From positions 1 through 53,631 of the IMG/VR virus record IMGVR_UViG_3300031749_000457: a stretch of 53,631 nt of DNA. One strand, 5' to 3'. This document shows, one piece after another, positions 16,437 to 25,603 of the stretch. The position numbers were made by a program, and so were the translations under genes. How positions within the stretch are numbered: the stretch's first letter is position 1; the number at the start of each line of letters is the position of its first letter. This DNA comes from a virus. Lineage: Duplodnaviria; Caudoviricetes. The notes under the pieces are model-generated. The model saw only the letters and a program-made list of their open reading frames with translations, searched no databases and was not told where the DNA came from.

Positions 16437-16820
16437 GTGATTCCATTTAGCTGGAAGATTGTTGGTTTGGCTGTGATTATTTTTGCTCTAATTGCTTTTG
16501 GGTTTTATTTATGGGACAGAAGCGCAAGCGGCAAATTAGAGAAGAAATTGATTGAAGCTGAAAAGGAAGTAGAGCGGTTAAGGTATGAAAAGGAAACTAA
16601 GGAGACTGAGTGGAGCAGCAGAGAAAAGGAGTATCAGATAAGAATTAAGAGTATAAATGATAGTCTGAAGAAAAAGGAGTTTGAGGTAAGAAGGCTTGAG
16701 GAGAAGATTAAAGCATTACAGACAGAAAGGGAGAATATTGTTATTCCGGATGCTCCTGATGAGATTGTTGATGCATTTAGAAAGGCTGGATTTAGTTCTT
16801 GCACGAAGCTTAAGAAATAG
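16437..16820 (+). CDS. Inner-membrane spanin (Rz)-like protein
   Basis: N-terminal TM followed by long coiled coil, in lysis cassette. Confidence 0.55.
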   Translation: MIPFSWKIVGLAVIIFALIAFGFYLWDRSASGKLEKKLIEAEKEVERLRYEKETKETEWSSREKEYQIRIKSINDSLKKKEFEVRRLEEKIKALQTERENIVIPDAPDEIVDAFRKAGFSSCTKLKK

Positions 16821-16836
16821 TTTTGCGGGAGATTTT

Positions 16837-17022
16837 ATGTCAGGACCTATTATACCAAAGTGGTTTGCTTTACTGGTAATAGTTTTTTGGTTGATACCTG
16901 CACTGGTGTTAGTTGGTTTGCTTGTTTATTTTATAACGGTAAATCGGTATGGGTCTGCGATAATAGTGTTGATAGCACTTGCAGTTTACTGCATGTATGC
17001 GTTTAGGGAGTTGAATGATTAG
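16837..17022 (+). CDS. Small two-TM membrane protein
   Basis: ATG 16837 after GGGAG; two long hydrophobic stretches. Confidence 0.55.
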   Translation: MSGPIIPKWFALLVIVFWLIPALVLVGLLVYFITVNRYGSAIIVLIALAVYCMYAFRELND

Positions 17023-17458
17023 AATCTTAATAATCTTAATACTGATTCTTGGAAGTTTAGCGGTAGCATGTTCAGTGTATTCGCAGGAAGCAAAGGATGG
17101 TGGAGCTGAGTTGATGATATGCTTTGACCAAAATGATGCTAAAGAGCTGTTAAAAAGAGCAACTGAACATCCTATTTTAATTAAAGAAAATGAAGCGCTA
17201 AGAGAAAAAATAGCGAATCTTGAGGAGCAATTAAAACTGAAAGAAGCTCTTTTAAATATAGCGGAGGAAAGAAGAAAGATTCAGATTGAAAGGGCAGAGC
17301 TTTACCAGAAGATTGCAGAATCGGAAACAAGACTTGCTGACAGATATTCAGAAATGAATGAAAAACTGCAGAAACAGCTTGAAAGAAGAGGTCTTTTAGA
17401 AAAGATAGGTATTACGATTGGCATAATAGCTGGAGTTGCAATAGGTTTAGCATTTTAG
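17015..17458 (+). CDS. Spanin-like protein (signal/possible lipobox, coiled coil, C-terminal TM)
   Basis: MIRILIILILILGSLAVAC, coiled coil, C-terminal IGITIGIIAGVAIGLAF. Confidence 0.5.
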   Translation: MIRILIILILILGSLAVACSVYSQEAKDGGAELMICFDQNDAKELLKRATEHPILIKENEALREKIANLEEQLKLKEALLNIAEERRKIQIERAELYQKIAESETRLADRYSEMNEKLQKQLERRGLLEKIGITIGIIAGVAIGLAF

Positions 17459-17478
17459 TGGAAAGGAGGTGAAACGGA

Positions 17479-18768
17479 GTGTCAAAGCAGCTTCTTATAG
17501 AAACTATACCGGTAGAGTTTACAATTCTTGAGGAGGCGAGTCAGAAGAATGGTGGAAGGATGAGGGTGAAGGGGATATTTACAGTTGCCGATGAAATAAA
17601 TGGAAATGGAAGGGTTTACAGGGAGCATATCCTTGATAGAGAGATAGAGAAGCTGAAGGAGCTTATGGCTGAAAACAGGGTATTTGCTGAAGCAGACCAC
17701 CCTGAGGATGGAAAGTCAAGGATTTCCAATACTGCCGCAATGCTGACGGAGATAGAAAAGCAGGTAGTAAATGGAAGGAAAGAATATGTAGGTGAAGCTG
17801 TAATCCTGAACACAAGTAAGGGCAAGGACCTCCAGGAAATCATAAGAGCAGGAGGTAGGGTTGGAGTTTCAAGCAGAGGCTGGGGGTCATTGATTAAGGG
17901 TAACTGGCATGGGAGAACGGCTGATATTGTTCAGGAGGATTACACACTGAAAACGTTTGATTTTGTGATTGGACAGAGCACGAAAGATGCTGAGGTCACG
18001 CAGTTTTTTGAGCAGATGGATGTATTAAACATCCTTGATACGGACGAGGGTCCGAAAGAAAACATGAAAGGAGGTAAGACTGTTATGGAGATTAAAACAG
18101 TGGATGATTTAAAGAAGGCTTATCCAGAGCTTTGTGAGCAGATTGTAAAAGAGGCTCTTTCTGAGAAGGAGAAGGAGATTAAGGAATCTCTTGAAAAGAA
18201 TTTTGAGGATAGGGTGATGAAGGAAGTGGAGGCCAAAAGAGAGGAGATTAAGGAAGAGGTTATCAAAGAGATAAAAAATTCAGAAGAGATTCAGACGATG
18301 ATTTCAACCCTTGTAGAGATTGGGAAGCTTGTAAAACCTTACATCTCTGAGGCAAAAGGTGATGAGGAAGAAGAGGAGGATGAGGAAGAGGTTGACAGGC
18401 TGAAGGCAAGGATTTCTGAGCTTGAAGCTGAGCTTAAGGCTCTCAGGAAGGCAAAGCAGGAGGCAGAGGAGAAGGAGAAGGTAGCAAAGAAAATTCAGGA
18501 GGTTACGGCAGGGAAGAAGTTTGAGAAGCTGCTGATTGAGAGGCTTTCTAACTGCCAGACAGTGGAGGAGGTTGAAAAGAGGCTTGCAGAAGAAGAGGCT
18601 TATATCCAGAGGTTGATTGGAGAGGTTGGAGCAGGTGATTTGCCGAAAGGGAAAGGGCAGGTGCTTGATGAGAATAAGCAGGATGAGATGGATGAGGTGA
18701 AGAGACGTCAGAGAATACTTGCTGGTGTTGAGGAAGATATTGCAAAACAGAAAAGGGCATCTGCATAA
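17479..18768 (+). CDS. Prohead protease (T4 gp21-like) fused to C-terminal scaffold
   Basis: VKGIFTVADEINGNGRVY, EADHP, GVSSRGWGS, QEDYTLKTFDFV; acidic coiled-coil C-terminal half; precedes capsid gene. Confidence 0.9.
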   Translation: MSKQLLIETIPVEFTILEEASQKNGGRMRVKGIFTVADEINGNGRVYREHILDREIEKLKELMAENRVFAEADHPEDGKSRISNTAAMLTEIEKQVVNGRKEYVGEAVILNTSKGKDLQEIIRAGGRVGVSSRGWGSLIKGNWHGRTADIVQEDYTLKTFDFVIGQSTKDAEVTQFFEQMDVLNILDTDEGPKENMKGGKTVMEIKTVDDLKKAYPELCEQIVKEALSEKEKEIKESLEKNFEDRVMKEVEAKREEIKEEVIKEIKNSEEIQTMISTLVEIGKLVKPYISEAKGDEEEEEDEEEVDRLKARISELEAELKALRKAKQEAEEKEKVAKKIQEVTAGKKFEKLLIERLSNCQTVEEVEKRLAEEEAYIQRLIGEVGAGDLPKGKGQVLDENKQDEMDEVKRRQRILAGVEEDIAKQKRASA

Positions 18769-18801
18769 TTAAGCAGGTAGATTCAACAGGCGAGGACGAA
18801 G

Positions 18802-18850
18802 ACGAAAAGCCTGGGTGAACCAAAAGAGAAGGTTTGCTCAGGCTTTTTGT
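18802..18850 (+). promoter_or_regulatory. 20-bp RNA hairpin in the capsid gene leader (terminator/attenuator or stabiliser)
   Basis: 18802-18821 pairs with 18831-18850; all four non-Watson-Crick positions are G-U on the + strand. Confidence 0.7.
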
Positions 18851-18887
18851 TTAGAAAAACAAAAAACGAAAGGAGGTTTTTAAGAAT

Positions 18888-19988
18888 ATGGATCCAAGGA
18901 AATACTTAATCGAGGAAAATCCCGAGAGACAGAAGAAGTGGGCATATCTAACCGAGGGGCTGGATAGGGAGAAGAGGCTTCAGTTGGAGGTGCTTCTTGA
19001 GAATCAGGAAGCTTATTTCAGGTTTTTGCAGGAAACATCTCAGATTTCGAATGTGGGGACTTTTACTACCTTTGCTTTTCCGATGGTAAGGAGGATTTTT
19101 CCCAAGTTGGTTGCTCAGGAGCTTTGTTCTGTCCAGCCTATGATGCAACCTACTGGAAAAATCTTCTATTTAGATTTCAAGTATGGGACAACGAAGGGAG
19201 GAATTTCAGTAGGAGATAGGCTTGATGTGAAGGGAAAGGATGCAAAGGATTATGCCACAAGGACACCTGAGACTGGAGAAGTTCCAGAAATAAATTTTGA
19301 TATTTCTTCTATAACGGTTGAAGCGATTGAAAAGGCACTGAAGGCGAAGTGGACGATTGAGGCACAGCAGGATCTCAAGGCATACCATGGGCTGGATGCA
19401 GAGAGCGAGCTGATGACCGTGCTTTCAGAGGAGATAATCAGAGAGATTGATATGCTTATTATTGACGGGATGCTCAATGCAGCAAGCGCCGGGAATGTGA
19501 ACTGGAATAAGAATATGCCGAATATGGCTCCGTGGACAAATATTGACCCGAAGATTTATCAGGCCACACTATATGATGCTATTGTAGATGCAAATAATCT
19601 GATTTTCAAAAAGAGGTATCGGAATGCCACTTGGCTTGTAGCAGACCCTGATACCTGCACTCGCCTTGAGAAGCTTGAGGGCTTCAAACTGACTGAGACT
19701 GTAGATGATGCCATTTACAACATTGGAATTCATCAGTTTGGAGTTCTGAGGAACCGGTGGGTCGTTTACAAGCATCCGTGGTTTGTGCCGAATAAGATTC
19801 TGGTGGGCTACAAGGGAACATCCTGGCTCGACACCGGCTATGTGTATGCTCCTTATATACCGCTTTATACGACTCCTCTTTTGATTGACCCTGATGATTT
19901 TACACCGAGAAGGGGAATGATGAGCAGATTCGCTCATAAGGCGGTAGTGGGAGATTGCTATGCAACGGTAACCCTGGTTTCATCGTAA
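18888..19988 (+). CDS. Major capsid protein, T4 gp23-like
   Basis: LLENQ, FPMVRRIFPKLVAQELCSVQPM..PTGKIFYL, LKAKWTIEAQQDLKAYHGLDAESEL, GYKG..DTGYVYAPYIPL, DFTPRRGMMSRF. Confidence 0.95.
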   Translation: MDPRKYLIEENPERQKKWAYLTEGLDREKRLQLEVLLENQEAYFRFLQETSQISNVGTFTTFAFPMVRRIFPKLVAQELCSVQPMMQPTGKIFYLDFKYGTTKGGISVGDRLDVKGKDAKDYATRTPETGEVPEINFDISSITVEAIEKALKAKWTIEAQQDLKAYHGLDAESELMTVLSEEIIREIDMLIIDGMLNAASAGNVNWNKNMPNMAPWTNIDPKIYQATLYDAIVDANNLIFKKRYRNATWLVADPDTCTRLEKLEGFKLTETVDDAIYNIGIHQFGVLRNRWVVYKHPWFVPNKILVGYKGTSWLDTGYVYAPYIPLYTTPLLIDPDDFTPRRGMMSRFAHKAVVGDCYATVTLVSS

Positions 19989-20000
19989 TTAATTTGATTC

Positions 20001-20052
20001 TGGGCAGGTTGCAAAGATTTGCAAGCTGCAAGCCTGCCCAAATCCTCTCTTT
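20001..20052 (+). terminator. Hairpin after capsid gene containing the palindrome TTGCAAA-NN-TTTGCAA
   Basis: TGGGCAGG (20001-20008) / CCTGCCCA (20033-20040), then pyrimidine-rich tail. Confidence 0.55.
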
Positions 20053-20064
20053 GGAGGTTTTACG

Positions 20065-21099
20065 GTGAAACTATGTGGGTCGAATGTTATTGAGGTATTC
20101 TATAGCAAGCATGGTGACCCGCTGGAGATATATCCTCGATTCTGTTTTGATGAGTCGATGGTTTTATCTCCAGCAGCACCATGTTTGAATAAAGGGGTTT
20201 CTCTCCTTGAGCAGTTAGAAAAGAACCCAGAGTCTTCAGTTTGCTTCTTACGAACTTATGCTCTAGGAGATATTATTCTACTTACCCCTATCATCAATTG
20301 GATTAGAGATAAGTATCCATCGGTAAAGGTTTATCTTGCTACCGTTCCAAAGTTTATGGGTCTCTTTAAATATTGGGATGCAATCGAGACGGTAGATAAG
20401 CGTAACCTGCCATTTATTCCGTATGAAATTGGCTATTATCTTGATGGGGTAGTAGAGAGAGACCACAGCGGAAATGAATACAGTTACAAGCACAGGCTTG
20501 ATATATACTGTGAGTTTCTTGGTATACCGCAGATTAAAGACCCTGTGTTTTCACTGCCTTATGGAGAGAGTGAAAAGAGCTGGGCGGAGGGAATTGTCAG
20601 GGAGGTGCGAGATTGTGGGAAGCCGGTAGTTGCAGTGCAGGTGGCTGGCTCCACTGCAATTAAGAGTCTTTCTTTGGATAAGGTTGCCGATATAGCTGAA
20701 AGGTTATGCGATATATGCTCTCTGATTTTTGTTCATGAGGCGAAGGAGTATTTTGGAGAGATAAATGCGATGAACCTGACAGGAATGACTGATATTCATC
20801 AGCTTGCGGCATTAATCGACAGTGTAGATGTGGTTGTGACAATGGACAGCGGGGTTTTATGGATTGCTCATGCTACCAAAACCCCTGTAATTGCTCTGTT
20901 AGGGCCAACGAGGGAGGCTGAGAGGCTAAAATATCATAGAAATTATGTTGTTGTAAATCTATCAGAAATGGTTGGTTGCGAGCCGTGTTTTGAAAGAATG
21001 ACAAGATGTAAGGGGGCAATTAATTGTATGAAATCAAGTAGTGCGGAAGAAATAGCGAGGAGAATAGAGGAGGGAATTAAGAAGCTTGTATACTCTTAA
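20065..21099 (+). CDS. Glycosyltransferase family 9 (heptosyltransferase-like)
   Basis: RTYALGDIILLTP and VVTMDSGVLWIAHATKTPVIALLGPT; C-terminal CEPC..C..C. Confidence 0.88.
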   Translation: MKLCGSNVIEVFYSKHGDPLEIYPRFCFDESMVLSPAAPCLNKGVSLLEQLEKNPESSVCFLRTYALGDIILLTPIINWIRDKYPSVKVYLATVPKFMGLFKYWDAIETVDKRNLPFIPYEIGYYLDGVVERDHSGNEYSYKHRLDIYCEFLGIPQIKDPVFSLPYGESEKSWAEGIVREVRDCGKPVVAVQVAGSTAIKSLSLDKVADIAERLCDICSLIFVHEAKEYFGEINAMNLTGMTDIHQLAALIDSVDVVVTMDSGVLWIAHATKTPVIALLGPTREAERLKYHRNYVVVNLSEMVGCEPCFERMTRCKGAINCMKSSSAEEIARRIEEGIKKLVYS

Positions 21100-22048
21100 T
21101 GAGGATTTTATTCCTGAGATTTATTACGACAGAAGAACATGTGAGCCTATAGTTTCTTATAGAAGGATTAAGAAGGAAGTATATCATGAAGCGAAGAGTT
21201 TTAGTGGTGTTGAAGTTACAAAGAGAAGGGTTGCTTGGGTTCAGGATATGGTAAAAAGAGGAGGTGCAGAGATATCAAATGAGCTTGTGATTAAGGTAGG
21301 GATTGATTGCGGCAATGAAATTATCCTGGTAATAAATTTTATGGATGCGTCGGAAATAAGAAGAATTTTGAGAGAAAGCGACCTTATTATTGTGAATAAT
21401 ATTTTTCATTTCAGCAAAGAGCAGATGGATGAGATAAAAAAGATTCTTTTCACGGGTAAGCCGTATGTCAAGTATGACCATGATTTTAGAGAATTAATGA
21501 GACCAGAATTTGGGAAAGAGTTACTTGGGAGGTCGGTTTTAAATGTTTTTATATCCCCTCTCCATAGGGATGAATACCGAAGAGAGCTTGGTGTAGATGG
21601 AATATGCCTTCCACTTGCCATTGATGTTGATTTTTTTAAACCCGTTCCAGGAGTAGAGAGGAAGGAGAAAAGTGTGTTGGCTGTTAGGGATGGTGCAGAT
21701 ATTCAGTGGTTTATTGATGAAAACCCAGATTTTAGGTTTACCATTCTTAGTGATAGGCGAATTGATTTAAGTGGAGATAAGTTAAAGGTAATCCAAGAGC
21801 CGCCGTATGAGAAAATGCCCGAAGTATATTCTGAACATGAGTATTTTCTGTATTGCAGAAAAGATCTTGGGACTGGAGCAAGGGTTGTTTTTGAAGCAGC
21901 CCTTTGTGGGTGCAAGGTAATTATGAATGAGAAAGTTGGTCATAAGTCATGGGGTTTTAATTTTGAGGATGTAGATGGCCTAAGGGCAATTTTGAGGAAG
22001 GCTCCTTATGAGTTTTGGAGAGAAATAGACAGGGCTATAGGGATTTAA
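21086..22048 (+). CDS. GT-B glycosyltransferase (GT4-like)
   Basis: RGGAEIS, YDHDF, LAIDVDFFKP, PYEKMPEVYS, GARVVFEAALCGCKVI. Confidence 0.78.
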   Translation: MYTLNEDFIPEIYYDRRTCEPIVSYRRIKKEVYHEAKSFSGVEVTKRRVAWVQDMVKRGGAEISNELVIKVGIDCGNEIILVINFMDASEIRRILRESDLIIVNNIFHFSKEQMDEIKKILFTGKPYVKYDHDFRELMRPEFGKELLGRSVLNVFISPLHRDEYRRELGVDGICLPLAIDVDFFKPVPGVERKEKSVLAVRDGADIQWFIDENPDFRFTILSDRRIDLSGDKLKVIQEPPYEKMPEVYSEHEYFLYCRKDLGTGARVVFEAALCGCKVIMNEKVGHKSWGFNFEDVDGLRAILRKAPYEFWREIDRAIGI

Positions 22049-22983
22049 TGAAAGCTGTTGCTTATTTTCAGAATGGAATTGGGAATTTTGTATTGGCTAT
22101 GCCTTCGCTTATGGCTTTAGCTTCAATGACCGAAAGCAAGAAAATAGATGTTTGTTTGGACAACGGCTGGACGGATTACAGGAGAAAAGCAATCGAGGAG
22201 ATTTTGATTGCCTGGAGAGATGTAGTTAATAAGGTGGTTGATTACCCTGGAGATGGATTTGACATAGATGAATATGATTTATACTTCTGGTCTCCATTCG
22301 GAGAAAAGAATAATGAACTATCTGATAAATTTTCTAAAAAGCTTATAAGCAGAAACTTGTATCTTCCCAACTGGAGAGATACGGGAGTTCATGAGGCTGA
22401 TTATTATATGCAGATTGTCAGGGCTCAGGGCTTTAGCGGGAAAGCTCCAGTGGTGAGATTCCCTTTGGCAGATAATCCAGTTTTGGATTTGAAGAGACCT
22501 ATGATCGGGATATGCAATGGGTATTATAGATTGAATGGTTACTGGTCGAAAAAGGGGTGGCCGTATTATGAGAAGCTCTGTGAGGTTATGAGACTTTATT
22601 TTGATGGGTCTTTGGTTGCTGTTGGGTCTGAAGGTGAAATCATAGGAAACGATTATTTATCAGAAAATTATTGCGGGAGGCTTACAATACTTGAAACAGC
22701 AAAGGTGATTGCGCAGCTTGACCTTTTTGTGACGAATGATACAGGGCTTATGCATATAGCAGATATTTTAGGAGTCCCAATGATTGCTCTTTTTGGCCCA
22801 ACGATTGTTAGTAAGAACAGGCCGAGGGGTAAAAAGTCAATAGTTTTACGTGGTAATTCAGGGTGTGTTGAGTGCTTGCTTACGGAAAAGTTTAAAACCT
22901 GTGTGGATAATGTTTGTATGAAGTCAATATCGGTGGGTGATGTAATGGCAAAGGCCCGGGAAGTCTTAAGAGATTTTATATAA
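22048..22983 (+). CDS. Glycosyltransferase family 9 (heptosyltransferase-like)
   Basis: TAATG overlap at 22048; NGIGNFVLAMP, KGWPYY, FVTNDTGLMHIADILGVPMIALFGPT. Confidence 0.88.
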   Translation: MKAVAYFQNGIGNFVLAMPSLMALASMTESKKIDVCLDNGWTDYRRKAIEEILIAWRDVVNKVVDYPGDGFDIDEYDLYFWSPFGEKNNELSDKFSKKLISRNLYLPNWRDTGVHEADYYMQIVRAQGFSGKAPVVRFPLADNPVLDLKRPMIGICNGYYRLNGYWSKKGWPYYEKLCEVMRLYFDGSLVAVGSEGEIIGNDYLSENYCGRLTILETAKVIAQLDLFVTNDTGLMHIADILGVPMIALFGPTIVSKNRPRGKKSIVLRGNSGCVECLLTEKFKTCVDNVCMKSISVGDVMAKAREVLRDFI

Positions 22984-22998
22984 AGGAGGAAGAAGAAG

Positions 22999-23331
22999 AT
23001 GGAGAAAAAAAGGATTTTCAAAAATGAGACAAAGATTACGCAGGTCTACTACAACAGGTCAAGAGACCCGATAGAGCTTAAACCTGGGGAGACTTATGTG
23101 GAAGACCTGAGCGATGCAATCGATGTAAATGAGCTTATTAAGAAAGAGAAGGAAAGGAGAATGCTTGAGACAGATGTTGATGAGGCAAAACGAGTAAAAA
23201 GACTGCTTGCACAGATAAGGGTTACGAGGTCGCTTGAAGAGCTTGAAAAGATGAAAAGCGGCGAGAGCAATCAGGATCTAATTGATGCGATTCTTGTGAG
23301 GGAAAAAGAACTTCTTTCAAACGGGAAATAG
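22999..23331 (+). CDS. Hypothetical virion-module protein
   Basis: Strong SD; position between head and neck genes. Confidence 0.6.
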   Translation: MEKKRIFKNETKITQVYYNRSRDPIELKPGETYVEDLSDAIDVNELIKKEKERRMLETDVDEAKRVKRLLAQIRVTRSLEELEKMKSGESNQDLIDAILVREKELLSNGK

Positions 23332-23346
23332 GATGGAGAAAATAGT

Positions 23347-24045
23347 ATGGCAACACTGGATGAATTAAAGGCAAGGCTGAGGAGAGCGCTGGGGAATGTC
23401 CCAACAACTCAGTTGAGCGATGAACAGCTTTATGATGCGCTTGACAGTGCGCTCAAGGAGTATTCTAAATATAAACCCATCTATATTCTGGATTATCTGA
23501 CTTCGACAAAGGATGTGGCAACGTATGACTTATCATCGAAGGAAGGGATTATCAAAGTTAAGGAGGTCTATTATTCGAGAGGACCGTTTGAGTATTTTGA
23601 TGAATTCTGGCCTGATTATTCGGAGTTGGGTAGGCTTTCGGGGATAAATATTTTTGAGCATCCGTCGGTCTGGACTCAGTTTTTGCAGAGGGTTGAGCAG
23701 TTTGAGTATATATTTGAATGCGAGTTTGAGTTTGACCAGTCGACAAAAACGCTGAGGCTGATACCACCGCCTGACCAGACAGGAAAGAAGATTTATTTCT
23801 TGTATTCAAAGAGGCATACGGCAGGGACTGTGCCTGAGGATGATATTGATGTTCTGCTTTTATGGGCAAGGGCTGAGGCAAAGGAGATGATGGCGGCAAA
23901 AAAGAGCTATGAGATAAGGTCAGTGTCGGGGTATGGGGAATCGGTTACGCTCGGCTCAACTCCTGAGTCTTTGATGAGTGAGGCAGAGGAGCTGAAGAAA
24001 AGATTTTCAAAAAGATTTGGTAGTTCGGCCTTTGTAGTGGGGTAG
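23347..24045 (+). CDS. Head-tail adaptor/neck protein
   Basis: LKARLRRALG...QLSDEQLYDALDSALKEYSKY N-terminus typical of adaptor/neck proteins; position. Confidence 0.65.
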   Translation: MATLDELKARLRRALGNVPTTQLSDEQLYDALDSALKEYSKYKPIYILDYLTSTKDVATYDLSSKEGIIKVKEVYYSRGPFEYFDEFWPDYSELGRLSGINIFEHPSVWTQFLQRVEQFEYIFECEFEFDQSTKTLRLIPPPDQTGKKIYFLYSKRHTAGTVPEDDIDVLLLWARAEAKEMMAAKKSYEIRSVSGYGESVTLGSTPESLMSEAEELKKRFSKRFGSSAFVVG

Positions 24046-24048
24046 GCT

Positions 24049-24459
24049 ATGGGAAAGATTCCTGAGACTGATGCTGGGTTGTCTGAAGAGCAGGCAATAC
24101 AGGCAGGGACTATTTTAAGGGAAGGGCTGGATATACTGAGGAGCCTTCAGTTTAACAAGAAGGCGAGTATCTTGAGGTATGAGATAGTGGATGAGGGAAA
24201 ACCCCATCTTGGCATAGAACCAACGAGGAGGTTGGTCTCTGGGCTTGATGATTTGGATGTTTATGTTTCAAGGGTCAGCACAAGGGAGATATTGGCAGGT
24301 AGGGGAAGGATTGAGCTGACAGATTTGAAGTTTATTTTTTATGAGGAAGTAAAGGATACGGATGAGATAGTCTATAACGGCAAAACATATAAGGTTATCC
24401 AGGTTGAGTATTATGACCCCGATATAGGGAGGAGTATCGTGATAGCGAGGGCTGTATGA
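24049..24459 (+). CDS. Head closure (stopper) protein
   Basis: DEIVYNGKTYKVIQV motif; follows adaptor. Confidence 0.6.
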   Translation: MGKIPETDAGLSEEQAIQAGTILREGLDILRSLQFNKKASILRYEIVDEGKPHLGIEPTRRLVSGLDDLDVYVSRVSTREILAGRGRIELTDLKFIFYEEVKDTDEIVYNGKTYKVIQVEYYDPDIGRSIVIARAV

Positions 24460-24914
24460 TTGAGGTTGATTCTTCTTCTTTAAGAGAAAAACTTAAAAAG
24501 ACAACTTATGAGCTTATGGATAATGCCAGAATCAAGGCTTATAAGCTTGCAGATTATTATTTGATGGTAATTAAAGAGAGGACACCTAAAAAAACTAGTG
24601 CTACTGCTAATTCATGGACGATACATTATCACAAAAACGATTTGGATGGAGTGGTTTGGGAGATTAGCCCTGATGGAAAAGAGGATATTGTTAGGTTCTT
24701 AGAGCAGGATACGAAGCCCCATATTATTTTGCCTAAAGATAGGGATGGAGTGCTGGTGTTTGAGAAGAGTGGTGAGATTGTTTTTACGAAAAGGGTGTTC
24801 CATCCAGGGACAAAGGGACGGTGGTTTGTAAAGCTTACACAGGATGAGCTTGATAAAGAGACAAAAGAAATAGCCGATAGGCTTATAAGTAGAATTAGGT
24901 CAATATGGCTGTGA
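24456..24914 (+). CDS. HK97 gp10-like neck/tail completion protein
   Basis: RTPKKTSATANSW, FLEQDTKPHII.PK, KRVFHPGTKG. Confidence 0.7.
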   Translation: MIEVDSSSLREKLKKTTYELMDNARIKAYKLADYYLMVIKERTPKKTSATANSWTIHYHKNDLDGVVWEISPDGKEDIVRFLEQDTKPHIILPKDRDGVLVFEKSGEIVFTKRVFHPGTKGRWFVKLTQDELDKETKEIADRLISRIRSIWL

Positions 24915-25111
24915 TGGAAGAATTATTCAGCTTGATAGGAGAATTGAAGGAATATATAGCTGATTTGAGAAACGGGTTTTTATCAATAGATGCAGTTATA
25001 AAGCTTCATGAAAAAAGGAAATTGAAGCAGGGTGAATCGCTTAGAATAATAAAAGACAGGATGAAAAAGATTGAGAGTATTTTTGAAGAGCTTAGGGTAA
25101 TGGGGTTTTAG
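24905..25111 (+). CDS. Hypothetical protein
   Basis: Tightly packed ORF in neck cluster. Confidence 0.55.
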   Translation: MAVMEELFSLIGELKEYIADLRNGFLSIDAVIKLHEKRKLKQGESLRIIKDRMKKIESIFEELRVMGF

Positions 25112-25588
25112 ATGTATCCAAAGGATTATGAGCTGAATATAAGGAGGAGCTTCAATAGGTTTTTGATGGAGCGGTTAGGTGCTAACTACTACATAAATTT
25201 TATGGCTTCCGGGGATGAAGAGCTTGAGCGGAGAATTATGGAGAGGGTTGAGGGATACTGGAAGTGGATAGATATTCAGTGGATAAGGACTGGAAGTGGA
25301 ATCTTTAGTGTAAGTCTTGTTCAGATAAACTGCAATACGATTATTGCTAATGACAGGTATGGGGTTGAGCTTATAAAGATGGTGGATGAGGTTCAGGAGG
25401 AGCTGAATGTGGATACGATAGAGCTTCTGGATTTTTCAAACAACCCTAATAGCCCTGAGCCAACGGGGAATGTTTTGATTCCGAGATACAGAGGAAGCAG
25501 GATGTTGCCTTCTCAAGCAGGAGATACCGTTAATACGGAGGCAATTGATTATAACATTTATGTATGGAGGGAGTCAGTCCTTCCATAG
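25112..25588 (+). CDS. Putative tail terminator
   Basis: Size and position after gp10-like gene. Confidence 0.45.
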   Translation: MYPKDYELNIRRSFNRFLMERLGANYYINFMASGDEELERRIMERVEGYWKWIDIQWIRTGSGIFSVSLVQINCNTIIANDRYGVELIKMVDEVQEELNVDTIELLDFSNNPNSPEPTGNVLIPRYRGSRMLPSQAGDTVNTEAIDYNIYVWRESVLP

Positions 25589-25603
25589 GGAGGAGGTGAA
25601 AAG

